Source: Nitrosomonas sp. UBA6494 | Lineage (GTDB): Bacteria; Pseudomonadota; Gammaproteobacteria; Burkholderiales; Nitrosomonadaceae | Reading direction: 5' to 3' | Length of the DNA stretch: 40,376 nucleotides | Assembly: GCA_002435335.1 (NCBI GenBank) | Contig: DJMI01000003.1 | Location: forward strand, 1-40,376 | Shown here: piece after piece, positions 30,847 to 40,376 of the stretch | How the letters are laid out: each line of letters starts with the position of its first letter | How positions within the stretch are numbered: the first letter of the stretch is position 1 | The notes under the pieces: generated by a model | What the model was told of the DNA's origin: nothing | Database searches by the model: none | The model's input: the letters and a program-made list of their open reading frames with translations, nothing else | Position numbers and translations under genes: made by a program

Positions 30847-31032
30847 TAAAAATTAGGGCTGAAAAATTAGACTATTAATCGAGTAAAGCCAAGATAACAT
30901 CGTTAAAGCAGCTTTTATTTAATCGATTATCGCTTATAATACAGCCCCATATTTTCAGTAAAACAACGTGATAGCAACCCTCACATTCATTTCTCAATCG
31001 CAACGTACTAACCTATTAACAGGAGTTTCGGA

Positions 31033-32751
31033 ATGATTTCACCGCGCTTTTTTTCTAGTTCAGTCAGGCATCGCGCTGAATTAAAAGTGCATCAGTTAAA
31101 GAATATAACGCTTAAGCTAATGCAAATTAGTATTTGCAGTATCGGTATGATGAGCCTTGCACTTCATGCACAAGGAACGAGTTCACCGAATGCCGAAACA
31201 AGCGCTACCCCACCGGCGGCACCCGCTACTGCTTCTGCTTCTGCTCCCGCCGCCGCACCAACTGCAGGCAGCGCTGATGGCTTCGACAAATCCAAGGTTC
31301 CACCGGTTACACCGATGCCGAGACCTGGCTTGTTTATGTTACCGCCAACAGGTCCAGGGCATTTCTCTTTTTGGGATTTAATCACCAACAATAAGCGCGA
31401 GAAACCGCCTGTTGCACCATACGTTCCATTTGGATTAATGCCGACCTCGGCTTTCGATGTTGATTTTCGTTATTTGGATACTGCGGGGCACGAAAAGGAT
31501 TTTTTCGATCCGGTTAAGCGAATTCATTTAGGCAGTGATTGGTTGCTATCGTTTGGCGGTAGTTTCTGGTATCGCTATACGCACGAAACCGATAGTCGCT
31601 TAAATTCAGCCGATATTAACAACGATTTCCATATGCTGCGCACCCGAATTCATGCAGATTTATGGTATCGCGACAAAGTACGCCTGTTTGCTGAATTTTT
31701 GGATGCGCGCGCTTTCGGTTCTGAACTGCCGCCGCTGGTTACCGACAGAAATCATGCCGATTTACTCAATTTATTTACCGATATCAAACTCGCCAATGTC
31801 AATAACGGACCCGTTTATATCCGTGTCGGTCGACAAGAGTTATTGTATGGTTCGCAAAGACTGATCTCCACATTGGACTGGGTTAATACGCGTAGAACCT
31901 TCCAGGGTGTTAAGGCTTTCTGGCGTACGCCTGAATGGGATTTAGATGCATTCTGGGTTCGTCCGATGATTATCGAAAAAGGCAATGTCGATAACTGGGA
32001 TACGCAGCAGAATTTCTTCGGTTTATGGGCTACCAACAAACCCAAGCCCGGTCATTTGATCGATTTATACTTCTTAAGTCTTGAAAATGAACGTAATCTT
32101 ACCGCTGCGGTATTAAAACAAGGTGGTTTCCTGCAAGTTGATTCGCATACGCATACCATCGGCGGTCGTTTGGCGGGCAATTTCGATAATTTCCTCTACG
32201 AAATCGAAGGAATGTATCAATTCGGTCGCCGCCAAGGACGTGATGTTTCTGCTTTTGCAGCCGCAACGGGTCTGGGTTATCGTTTGCCGCTGCCGATGAA
32301 TCCTCAAGGCTGGATTCGCTATGATTTCGCTTCTGGCGACAACGGACAAGGCGGCAACAACAACACCTTCAATCAATTATTCCCATTCGGTCATTACTAT
32401 ATGGGTTTTCTCGACCGCATTGGACGCCAAAACATTCATGACATCAATGCGCAATTCACTATGCATCCGATGCATTGGATTACCTTTATTACGCAGTACC
32501 ATCGCTTTTACTTAGCGAACGACCGCGATTATCTCTACAATGCAGCTGGTTTTGCCACTTATCGTGATCCTACCGGAGCATCCGGCAGTCATGTGGGAGA
32601 CGAACTTGATTTTCGTTTGAACTTACACCTCAAGCGTCATCATGACGTACTATTGGGATACTCAAAACTCTGGGCGGGTGATTATCTACAACGACAAGCA
32701 CCTGGTGTAAATCCTGATCTGTTCTACATTCAATACAATTTCCGCTTCTAA
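31033..32751 (+). CDS. Alginate export (AlgE-like) family outer-membrane beta-barrel
   Basis: AGGAG SD, signal peptide ending LHA, Pro/Ala-rich linker, RVGRQELLYGSQRLI..DW.N and DFASGD...TFNQLFP.GH.Y.G motifs, alternating aromatic strands and terminal YNFRF. Confidence 0.83.
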   Translation: MISPRFFSSSVRHRAELKVHQLKNITLKLMQISICSIGMMSLALHAQGTSSPNAETSATPPAAPATASASAPAAAPTAGSADGFDKSKVPPVTPMPRPGLFMLPPTGPGHFSFWDLITNNKREKPPVAPYVPFGLMPTSAFDVDFRYLDTAGHEKDFFDPVKRIHLGSDWLLSFGGSFWYRYTHETDSRLNSADINNDFHMLRTRIHADLWYRDKVRLFAEFLDARAFGSELPPLVTDRNHADLLNLFTDIKLANVNNGPVYIRVGRQELLYGSQRLISTLDWVNTRRTFQGVKAFWRTPEWDLDAFWVRPMIIEKGNVDNWDTQQNFFGLWATNKPKPGHLIDLYFLSLENERNLTAAVLKQGGFLQVDSHTHTIGGRLAGNFDNFLYEIEGMYQFGRRQGRDVSAFAAATGLGYRLPLPMNPQGWIRYDFASGDNGQGGNNNTFNQLFPFGHYYMGFLDRIGRQNIHDINAQFTMHPMHWITFITQYHRFYLANDRDYLYNAAGFATYRDPTGASGSHVGDELDFRLNLHLKRHHDVLLGYSKLWAGDYLQRQAPGVNPDLFYIQYNFRF

Positions 32752-32763
32752 GCGGCGTAACCA

Positions 32764-32793
32764 GAAACACTCCATAGCATGATGGAGTGTTTC
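32764..32793 (+). terminator. Strong stem-loop after the porin gene (terminator or 3' stabiliser)
   Basis: GAAACACTCCAT-agcatg-ATGGAGTGTTTC, 12-bp perfect stem starting 12 bp after the stop; weak U-tract. Confidence 0.6.
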
Positions 32794-32819
32794 ATTACCC
32801 TGTTTAAATTTCCTTTTTA

Positions 32820-33239
32820 ATGAACGAGCAAGCCAGTTTACTGACTCTGTTTACCAGCAGCTTTCTTGCAGCCACGTTATTACCGGGAGGTTCTGAAGCG
32901 GTATTAGTGGGAGTATTACTGGCATACCCTGATCTTCATTGGCAAGCACTTGTACTGGCAACGATTGGCAACACTTTGGGCGGTATGAGCTCCTACCTGA
33001 TCGGGCGCTTCTTACCCGACGAGCAAGCGCTACATAAACGGCTAGGAAATCATGCACAGAAACTTGATTGGGTGCGTAGGCATGGCTCTCCGATTTTGTT
33101 GCTATCCTGGACGCCGTTGATCGGCGATATTTTATGCGTCGCCGCTGGGTGGCTGCGAACCAATTGGTTTTGGGCTTTATTTTTCATCGCCACCGGCAAG
33201 TTTGCACGTTACTGGCTGATTGCCAGTGCCTTTAATTAA
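32820..33239 (+). CDS. YqaA-family (DedA/VTT domain) membrane protein
   Basis: SFLAATLLPGGSE, GNTLGG..SY.IGR and LLSW.P.IGD.LCVAAGWLR. Confidence 0.9.
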   Translation: MNEQASLLTLFTSSFLAATLLPGGSEAVLVGVLLAYPDLHWQALVLATIGNTLGGMSSYLIGRFLPDEQALHKRLGNHAQKLDWVRRHGSPILLLSWTPLIGDILCVAAGWLRTNWFWALFFIATGKFARYWLIASAFN

Positions 33240-33332
33240 TTTTTCTGATCACTGCCGCGGTAATTTTTTGTGAAATCGACAAAAATGTTCCGTACTTCAT
33301 GAATATTTGTTAAAATATCGCAAATAATTTAG

Positions 33333-33359
33333 ATGGGCTTTTCAGCCCATTTTTTATTT
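33333..33359 (+). terminator. rimP leader terminator-like hairpin (attenuator)
   Basis: ATGGGCT-tttc-AGCCCAT followed by TTTTTATTT, between a putative extended -10 (TGtTAAAAT, 33308-33316) and the rimP SD. Confidence 0.72.
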
Positions 33360-33370
33360 GTGGCGGAGCT

Positions 33371-33799
33371 ATGATATTCGAAGAATTATTGGAATCAACT
33401 TTACATGGATTGGGTTATGAGTTGATTGAAATTGAAAAAACAGCGCACAATAAATTAATTAGAATATTCGTGGACAAGGAAGGCGGTATTACTATCGATG
33501 ATTGCGTAACGATCAGCAATCACCTAAATCGATTGTTTGCGGCTGAAAATATTGATTACGGACGACTCGAAGTTTCGTCGCCGGGACTGGATCGCCCCTT
33601 ACGTAAAGAATCTGATTTTATCCGCTTTAAGGGAGAAACGATTAAATTGAAATTAAGAATTCCATTCCAAGGCCAAAGAAATTTTGTCGGTGTTTTACAA
33701 GATGTTAACAACGGCATAATAAAACTGGATATTGCAGGAAAAACACTAGACCTTGAATTGAGTAATCTTGGAAAAGCTCGTTTGGTTCCTAAATTATAA
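33371..33799 (+). CDS. rimP: Ribosome maturation factor RimP
   Basis: GITIDDC and [12 protein letters not shown]; first gene of the nusA operon. Confidence 0.95.
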   Translation: MIFEELLESTLHGLGYELIEIEKTAHNKLIRIFVDKEGGITIDDCVTISNHLNRLFAAENIDYGRLEVSSPGLDRPLRKESDFIRFKGETIKLKLRIPFQGQRNFVGVLQDVNNGIIKLDIAGKTLDLELSNLGKARLVPKL

Positions 33800-33827
33800 G
33801 CACTTAAGATAAGCTGACCGGAGGATT

Positions 33828-35300
33828 ATGAGCCGCGAAATTTTACTATTGGTTGATGCATTGGCGCGAGAAAAAGCTGTAGAAAAAGAAATTGTATTTA
33901 CAGCGTTGGAACTCGCTTTGGCTTCTGCTACCAAGAAACGATTTCAAGAAGATATCGAAGCGCGTGTATCAATCGATAGAGTAACTGGAGATTATGAATC
34001 CTTTCGTCGCTGGTTGGTCGTTGAGGATAGCAACGTAGAACAACCTGATCGGCAAATAGCCTTAAGCGATGCATTGAAGATCGATGCGAATTTACAACTC
34101 GGAAGCTATCTTGAGAAACCGCTTGAGCCGATTGAATTTGGGCGTATTGGCGCACAAGCGGCAAAACAGGTTATTTTCCAAAAAATACGTGATGCAGAAC
34201 GCGAACAAACGCTTAACGATTTTCTTGAACGAGAAGAATTTTTAATTACCGGTACCGTCAAACGACTTGAGCGCGGTAATGCCATCATTGAATCAGGAAA
34301 AATTGAAGCGGAACTGCCTCGCGATCAAATGATACCCAAAGAGAATTTACGCGTAGGTGATCGTGTTCGCGCATATTTACACAAAGTGGATCGCACGGCA
34401 CGCGGTCCACAACTAAAACTGTCACGTATTTCGTCAGAATTTTTGATCAAACTTTTTGAATTGGAAGTTCCCGAAATAGAAGAAGGCTTGCTGGAAATTA
34501 AAGCAGCCGCGCGCGACCCCGGATTGCGTGCCAAAATCGCAGTTAAATCCAACGACCAGCGTGTAGATCCGATCGGTACTTGCGTAGGTATGCGTGGATC
34601 CAGAGTCCAAGCAGTGATTAGCGAACTTGCTGGAGAGCGTGTCGATATTGTTCTATGGTCTGATGATCCAGCAACGTTTATAATCAATGCATTAGCACCG
34701 GCAGAGATCAGCAGTATTATGGTTGACGAAGAAAAACACAGCATGGATATTGTAGTCGATGATGAAAATCTGGCTCAAGCCATAGGTCGTAACGGTCAAA
34801 ATGTTCGATTGGCGTCCGAACTAACCGGATGGGAGCTTAATATTATGACCGTTGAAGAATCCAAGGCTAAGCATGAGCAAGAAACCTCACAAATCTGCCA
34901 ATTATTTATGCAAAAATTGGATGTTGATGAAGAAATTGCCGAAATTTTGGTACAAGAAGGTTTTGTAACTTTAGAAGAAGTCGCATACGTCCCATTGAAC
35001 GAAATGCTGGAAATTGAATCATTGGACGAAGAAACGATCAATGAAATACGTAATCGCGCGCGGAATGCACTCTTAACCGATGCCATTGCCAAAGAAGAAA
35101 AAGTTGAGCATGTCGCTGAAGATTTGCTATCGATGGAAGGTATGGACATCGATATTGTTCGGGAATTGGCAGCCAGAGGAATCAATACTCAAGCAGATTT
35201 GGCGGATTTAGCCGCAGATGATTTGGTTGAAATGACAGGTATCGATATCGAGCGTGCAAACAAACTCATCATCAAAGCACGCGAACCATGGTTCAATTGA
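33828..35300 (+). CDS. nusA: Transcription termination/antitermination factor NusA
   Basis: [13 protein letters not shown]1 and KH domains ([23 protein letters not shown]), acidic C-terminal repeats ending PWF. Confidence 0.97.
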   Translation: MSREILLLVDALAREKAVEKEIVFTALELALASATKKRFQEDIEARVSIDRVTGDYESFRRWLVVEDSNVEQPDRQIALSDALKIDANLQLGSYLEKPLEPIEFGRIGAQAAKQVIFQKIRDAEREQTLNDFLEREEFLITGTVKRLERGNAIIESGKIEAELPRDQMIPKENLRVGDRVRAYLHKVDRTARGPQLKLSRISSEFLIKLFELEVPEIEEGLLEIKAAARDPGLRAKIAVKSNDQRVDPIGTCVGMRGSRVQAVISELAGERVDIVLWSDDPATFIINALAPAEISSIMVDEEKHSMDIVVDDENLAQAIGRNGQNVRLASELTGWELNIMTVEESKAKHEQETSQICQLFMQKLDVDEEIAEILVQEGFVTLEEVAYVPLNEMLEIESLDEETINEIRNRARNALLTDAIAKEEKVEHVAEDLLSMEGMDIDIVRELAARGINTQADLADLAADDLVEMTGIDIERANKLIIKAREPWFN

Positions 35301-35380
35301 TTTGATCTGATGCGATAAAATAATTGTATGATTTAATGTGTTAAAGCTTCTCTGTAGTTTTGAATGTTGAAGGGTTATCG

Positions 35381-38053
35381 ATGGCTCAAACGAGTGTAGA
35401 ACAATTTGCTAATGAACTGGGTTTGTTACCAGCGGTATTGTTGGAACAACTAAAAGCTGCCGGCGTAAAAAAAACGCTGGCGGAAGACAGTTTAACAGAG
35501 CAAGACAAAGCTCAACTGCTTGATTATCTGAGAAAGACACACGGCACCACTACCGATACAAAAAGCAAAGTCACTCTGACGCGACGGCAGACTTCCGAGA
35601 TTCGGAAGTCCGATAGCACTGGTCGCGCACGCACGATTCAAGTTGAAGTCAGAAAAAGACGCGTTTTAACCAAACCGCTGTTAGCCGGCGAAGAAACGTC
35701 CGCCACAGAAAATAAATCACAAGAAACCGCTAAAGCCGCACCTGTTATTGAAACCGTTATTGACGAAGAGCAATTGGCTATTCGCAATGAGGAAGCAAAA
35801 AAACAAGCAGAGCTGATTGCGCGCCAATCTGAAGAATTTAGATTAAAAAGAGAACGCAAAAAAGAAGCTGAATTGGCTGAGTTGGCAAAAAAGAAAACGG
35901 CTGATGCGGAAACAGTCAGTGAAGAAGCGTCCACTTCCAACAAACCGGCTGAAAGCACTCTGGTCGAGATCGAGTCTAAGCCTATCGCCGAATCTCAGCC
36001 GGCGCCTGTTAAGAAAACCGAACCTGAACAACCGAGCGATACCGCCCACCCTCAATCGACCGATGGAACACTACACAAACCTGCGTTAAAGACTGAAGAG
36101 AAAGTCGATAAAAAGAAAAAACAAGCGAAACAGCAGGTTTTATGGAAAGATGAAAGCATTAAGAAGCGTACACTCAAAACTCGCGAAGAATTGACATCGT
36201 CAAGGCAAGGCTGGCGCACTCGAAAAGAAAAACATACTAAGCCTGCACAGACAGATGAACAAAATATTCACGGATTCTCGGCACCGACCGAACCGATCGT
36301 CCGCGAAATCATGGTCCCAGAAACCATATCCGTCAGTGCATTAGCACAGAAAATGTCGGTGAAGGCGGCAGATGTCATCAAGGTTCTGATGAAAATGGGA
36401 AGTATGGTGACTATCAATCAGATGCTAGACCAAGAAACCGCAATGATTGTGGTTGAAGAAATGGGGCATATCGCAAAATATGCCGAACTGGATAATCCTG
36501 AAAGCTTCCTTACCGATCATGAGGTGTCTTCAGCGGAATCAGAGCTTGTGTCACGCGCACCCGTGGTTACTGTCATGGGTCATGTGGATCACGGTAAAAC
36601 TTCCCTTTTGGACTATATTCGCCGCACTCGTGTCGCCGGCGGCGAAGCGGGAGGAATAACGCAGCATATCGGCGCTTATCACGTAGAAACCGATCATGGC
36701 ATGGTAACCTTTCTCGACACACCCGGCCATGAAGCATTCACCGCAATGCGGGCACGCGGTACTAAAATTACAGATATTGTAGTGCTTGTTGTCGCCGCCG
36801 ATGACGGCGTCATGCCGCAAACCATCGAGGCAATTCATCATGCAAAAGCCGCGAAAATTCCTATCATCGTTGCTGTCAACAAAATCGACAAGCCCGAAGC
36901 AAATCCGGAACGAATCCGTCACGAATTGGTTGCTCACGAAGTTGTTCCTGAAGACTGGGGTGGAGATACCATGTTCGTTGAGGTATCCGCAAAAACCGGT
37001 CAAGGCATCGATGCTTTGCTGGAAAGCATATTGCTGCAAGCCGAAGTATTGGAACTGAAAGCCTCAGCAAAAACCGCTGCCAAAGGCGTCGTGATTGAAT
37101 CGAGATTGGACAAGGGACGTGGTCCGGTTGCAACCATCTTAGTACAATCCGGCACCTTGAAGCGAGGCGATGTTTTACTGGCTGGAGCTGTTTATGGAAA
37201 AGTACGCGCCATGAACGATGAAAACGGCAAAGCGATAAAGCAAGCAGGAACCTCTATTCCTGTAGAAATTCAAGGATTATCTGAAGTTCCTGAGGCAGGT
37301 GAAACAGTACTTGTATTGGACGATGAACGTAAAGCGCGCGAAATTGCATTATTCAGACAAGGCAAATACCGCGACGTAAAACTGGCTAAACAACAAGCAG
37401 CCAAGCTCGAAAATGTGTTCGATCAACAGTCTGATGTTAAGATCCTGTCGCTGATTATAAAAGCGGATGTACAAGGTTCCTGCGAAGCATTGGCATACGC
37501 TCTTCAAAAGCTATCAACCGATGAAGTCAAAGTAAACATTATTCATAGCGGTGTCGGCGCGATCATTGAATCCGATATTAATCTGTCGTTGGCGTCAAAA
37601 GCGATTGTAATAGGCTTTAATGTACGTGCAGACGCCAGTGCGAGAAAATTAATCGCATCTACGGGTGTTGATGTGCATTACTACAACATCATTTACGAAG
37701 CCGTCGATGAAATCAAAGCTGCACTATCGGGCATGATGGCACCCGAACGCAAAGAAAGTATTATCGGTTTGGTCGATATTCGGGAAATTTACCGAATTCC
37801 CAAGGTCGGCGCTGTTGCCGGTTGTTATGTGCTTGATGGCATTGTCAAAAGAAATTCACTGGTCAGAGTATTGCGAGATGGCTTAGTCATTCATAGTTGC
37901 GAGCTTGACTCATTGAAACGCTTTAAAGACGATGTAAAAGAAGTCAGAGAAGGCTTTGAATGCGGATTATCGCTTAAAAACTTCAACGATATTCAGATCG
38001 GCGATCAACTGGAAATTTACGAAATCATCGAAACCGCCCGTTCATTACAGTAG
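35381..38053 (+). CDS. infB: Translation initiation factor IF-2
   Basis: [13 protein letters not shown] and NKID GTPase motifs; start taken as ATG 35381 after GAAGGG. Confidence 0.97.
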   Translation: MAQTSVEQFANELGLLPAVLLEQLKAAGVKKTLAEDSLTEQDKAQLLDYLRKTHGTTTDTKSKVTLTRRQTSEIRKSDSTGRARTIQVEVRKRRVLTKPLLAGEETSATENKSQETAKAAPVIETVIDEEQLAIRNEEAKKQAELIARQSEEFRLKRERKKEAELAELAKKKTADAETVSEEASTSNKPAESTLVEIESKPIAESQPAPVKKTEPEQPSDTAHPQSTDGTLHKPALKTEEKVDKKKKQAKQQVLWKDESIKKRTLKTREELTSSRQGWRTRKEKHTKPAQTDEQNIHGFSAPTEPIVREIMVPETISVSALAQKMSVKAADVIKVLMKMGSMVTINQMLDQETAMIVVEEMGHIAKYAELDNPESFLTDHEVSSAESELVSRAPVVTVMGHVDHGKTSLLDYIRRTRVAGGEAGGITQHIGAYHVETDHGMVTFLDTPGHEAFTAMRARGTKITDIVVLVVAADDGVMPQTIEAIHHAKAAKIPIIVAVNKIDKPEANPERIRHELVAHEVVPEDWGGDTMFVEVSAKTGQGIDALLESILLQAEVLELKASAKTAAKGVVIESRLDKGRGPVATILVQSGTLKRGDVLLAGAVYGKVRAMNDENGKAIKQAGTSIPVEIQGLSEVPEAGETVLVLDDERKAREIALFRQGKYRDVKLAKQQAAKLENVFDQQSDVKILSLIIKADVQGSCEALAYALQKLSTDEVKVNIIHSGVGAIIESDINLSLASKAIVIGFNVRADASARKLIASTGVDVHYYNIIYEAVDEIKAALSGMMAPERKESIIGLVDIREIYRIPKVGAVAGCYVLDGIVKRNSLVRVLRDGLVIHSCELDSLKRFKDDVKEVREGFECGLSLKNFNDIQIGDQLEIYEIIETARSLQ

Positions 38054-38073
38054 TTGGTATAAGTTAACATTTT

Positions 38074-38457
38074 ATGCCAAAAGATTTTTCCCGCACACTG
38101 CGCGTGGCCGACCAAATACAACGGGAATTGGCGGATCTGATTCAGAATGAAATTAAAGACCCTAGAATCGGATCTATAACCATCACTGCAGTCGAAGTAA
38201 CACGCGATTACAGTCACGCAAAAATTTTTTATACGGCGTTGATCAATCCTGAAGATATTCCGTTGGTGGAAAAAGGACTTGAGAACGCAAAAGGATTCTT
38301 GCGCTCGAATTTATCACACCGCATGAAATTGCGAATCACCCCGCAATTGCATTTCGTTTATGACGAATCTGTCGAACGTGGCATGTATCTTTCGAAATTG
38401 ATCGATGAAGCGGTTGCGCAAGATCAAGCCCATCATCATGAAGATTCTGACAAATAA
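38074..38457 (+). CDS. rbfA: Ribosome-binding factor A
   Basis: [17 protein letters not shown] and P.L.F.YD.S. Confidence 0.96.
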   Translation: MPKDFSRTLRVADQIQRELADLIQNEIKDPRIGSITITAVEVTRDYSHAKIFYTALINPEDIPLVEKGLENAKGFLRSNLSHRMKLRITPQLHFVYDESVERGMYLSKLIDEAVAQDQAHHHEDSDK

Positions 38458-38497
38458 TCAGAATCCTCTGTTTCATCTACCCCTACTGTAACTTGCT

Positions 38498-39436
38498 TTG
38501 ATCGAGTATCACAAGAAACCTATAAGCGGCATATTACTGCTGGATAAACCGCTTGGTGTTTCATCCAATAAAGCCATTCAAATTGCAAAGCATATTTTTT
38601 CGGCAGCAAAATGTGGCCATACAGGCACACTGGATCCCGTTGCGACCGGACTGCTTCCGATTTGTTTTGGAGAAGCGACTAAATTTGCCTCCATGCTACT
38701 GTGTGCCGATAAAAGCTATCAAGCGCACATAAAGCTCGGCTTTCTGAGTACCACCGGGGATATGGAAGGTGAAATTCAGCCAACCGCAACTGTTGAAAAA
38801 AAACCGTCACGACAAGAATGCGAACAAATTCTGGCACAATTTATTGGAAAATCGTTGCAAATTCCGCCCATGCACAGCGCTTTGAAACATTGCGGCAAAC
38901 CTTTGTATGTTTATGCCAGAAACAACGAAACCATAGAACGCAAGGCACGTGAAATCATCATTCATAAGATACACATCGAATCTTTAGAACACAATGAATT
39001 GTGCTTACAAATTCATTGTGGCACAGGAACTTACATCAGAACATTGGCGGAAGATATCGGTAAAGCACTGGGTTGCGGTGGTGCATACTTAACAGCTTTG
39101 CGACGGACATCGATTGGTAATTTTGAAATTTCACGAGCCTATCGCTTAACCGAATTAGAGGCTATGGATAAAAATAGGCTAGCAAATTGTTTACTACCTA
39201 TCGACAGCTTCTTGGCTGAGCTTCCACCCGTTTTTTTAGATAAAACAGCCGCGTTGCATTTGATCCAGGGTCGTATCGTAACGCATCCTCAAGACACACA
39301 AGAAATTCATGAACCTAAATTAGTCCGTTTATACAATGATATGGAGCAATTTCTAGGGCTTGGCGAGCTCAACCCGGAAAGAAAAATCATAGCAAAGCGA
39401 TTGCTATCGAATGATCACTTGCTTCAGAAACAATAA
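38498..39436 (+). CDS. truB: tRNA pseudouridine(55) synthase TruB
   Basis: GILLLDKP, GHTGTLDP.ATG, Q.PPM.SALK and GTYIRTL; TTG start. Confidence 0.95.
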   Translation: MIEYHKKPISGILLLDKPLGVSSNKAIQIAKHIFSAAKCGHTGTLDPVATGLLPICFGEATKFASMLLCADKSYQAHIKLGFLSTTGDMEGEIQPTATVEKKPSRQECEQILAQFIGKSLQIPPMHSALKHCGKPLYVYARNNETIERKAREIIIHKIHIESLEHNELCLQIHCGTGTYIRTLAEDIGKALGCGGAYLTALRRTSIGNFEISRAYRLTELEAMDKNRLANCLLPIDSFLAELPPVFLDKTAALHLIQGRIVTHPQDTQEIHEPKLVRLYNDMEQFLGLGELNPERKIIAKRLLSNDHLLQKQ

Positions 39437-39472
39437 TTCTCAATAGCAGGATCCATTGCTAAACCAAGCTTT

Positions 39473-40168
39473 TTAGATTCGAGGATAATTTTCACCGTCT
39501 GTATCAATCTTTCGTCGTAGCCAATTACCAATATCGGCAATCTCCTGTTCGCATACCGTATGCGCCATGGTATATTGATGCCATTCGACCGGAATATGCA
39601 AAGCAATTAATTGTTCTCTTGATGCAACAGCATACGCAATCGGAATCACCGGATCCAAAGCCCCATGAATCATTAAAATTGGTATAGAAATGTTCGCGGT
39701 ACTGATTTCAGTCAAAAGCGAAGTCGCCAATGGCAAATAACATGACAACGCAATAATGCCCGCCAATGGTTGTGGATACCGCAACCCCACTTGCAATGCC
39801 ATTGCTCCGCCTTGTGAGAATCCGGCAAGATAAATATTTTTTGACGAAATGCCGCGAGCAATTTCCCGGTCAATCAAAGCACCCACAGCATTTTGTGAAT
39901 CGCGAATCCCGGCTTCATCCTGCCTATGATTGAAATCAGCGTGATAAATATCATACCAAGCACGCATAATATATCCGCCGTTGATAGTAACCGGACGTTC
40001 GGAAGCATGCGGAAAAATAAAACGAATAGCTGGCTGTACCGGTAACTTTAATTCATCAATAATCGGTACAAAATCATTTCCGTCGGCACCCAAACCGTGC
40101 AACCAAATAATTGAGTACTCAGGATTCTCACCCGTATTTATTTCAATAGTTGTCAGTAACTTATTCAT
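39473..40168 (-). CDS. Phospholipase/carboxylesterase (alpha/beta hydrolase)
   Basis: WLHGLGADG, MRAWYDI, GFSQGG, HG..D.VI and M.H.V. Confidence 0.92.
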   Translation of the reverse strand: MNKLLTTIEINTGENPEYSIIWLHGLGADGNDFVPIIDELKLPVQPAIRFIFPHASERPVTINGGYIMRAWYDIYHADFNHRQDEAGIRDSQNAVGALIDREIARGISSKNIYLAGFSQGGAMALQVGLRYPQPLAGIIALSCYLPLATSLLTEISTANISIPILMIHGALDPVIPIAYAVASREQLIALHIPVEWHQYTMAHTVCEQEIADIGNWLRRKIDTDGENYPRI

Positions 40169-40349
40169 TACAGATAATAATACGTGTTACAGAGGTATAC
40201 GCTCGTTTCAATAAAAATGCCATTTGACATCAAGCAGGCATTGTATACGTTTTAGCAGAATCCAGGAGTCTGCCGGACTTAAGACTAATCTACTACGCCA
40301 ATGGAATAACGGCTCATATTTCCTCATTTTTTCGTTACATAGGTTAACT

Positions 40350-40376
40350 ATGCGAGACCTTTGCAAAATCACTGTT
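40350..40376 (+). CDS. Possible start of a gene truncated by the window edge (MRDLCKITV...)
   Basis: ATG preceded by AGGT, a candidate TTGACA -35 at 40226-40231 upstream, and an open frame to the window end. Confidence 0.3.

Noticed and set aside
31171-31280. GCT/GCC-rich low-complexity tract
   Set aside because: It encodes the Pro/Ala-rich linker of the porin and is not an independent repeat element.

Overview
Chromosomal, mostly housekeeping DNA from a betaproteobacterium. The protein style and gene order suggest a Nitrosomonas-like organism, but this is inference and no search was run. From left to right: the 3' part of tRNA-His, an alpha/beta hydrolase, an LpxK-like protein with degenerate catalytic motifs, dsbB, xerD, ogt, htpG (with a sigma-32 promoter), and the complete tpiA-secG-tRNA-Leu-nuoA..N block. 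A more GC-rich accessory stretch follows (NhaC-family transporter, msrB, compact RlmD-like methyltransferase, alanine dehydrogenase, SDR, ankyrin protein, TatD, QueD and a divergent radical SAM enzyme). Then come an orphan alginate-export (AlgE-like) beta-barrel behind a perfect FNR-type box, yqaA, rimP-nusA-infB-rbfA-truB and a carboxylesterase. No IS element, prophage or CRISPR array was seen. The best leads are (1) the intact but apparently catalytically dead LpxK paralogue, (2) the AlgE-like porin with a class II FNR/DNR-type promoter and no alginate genes, and (3) the QueD / TYW1-like radical SAM / TatD neighbourhood. None of these is proven novel from sequence alone.
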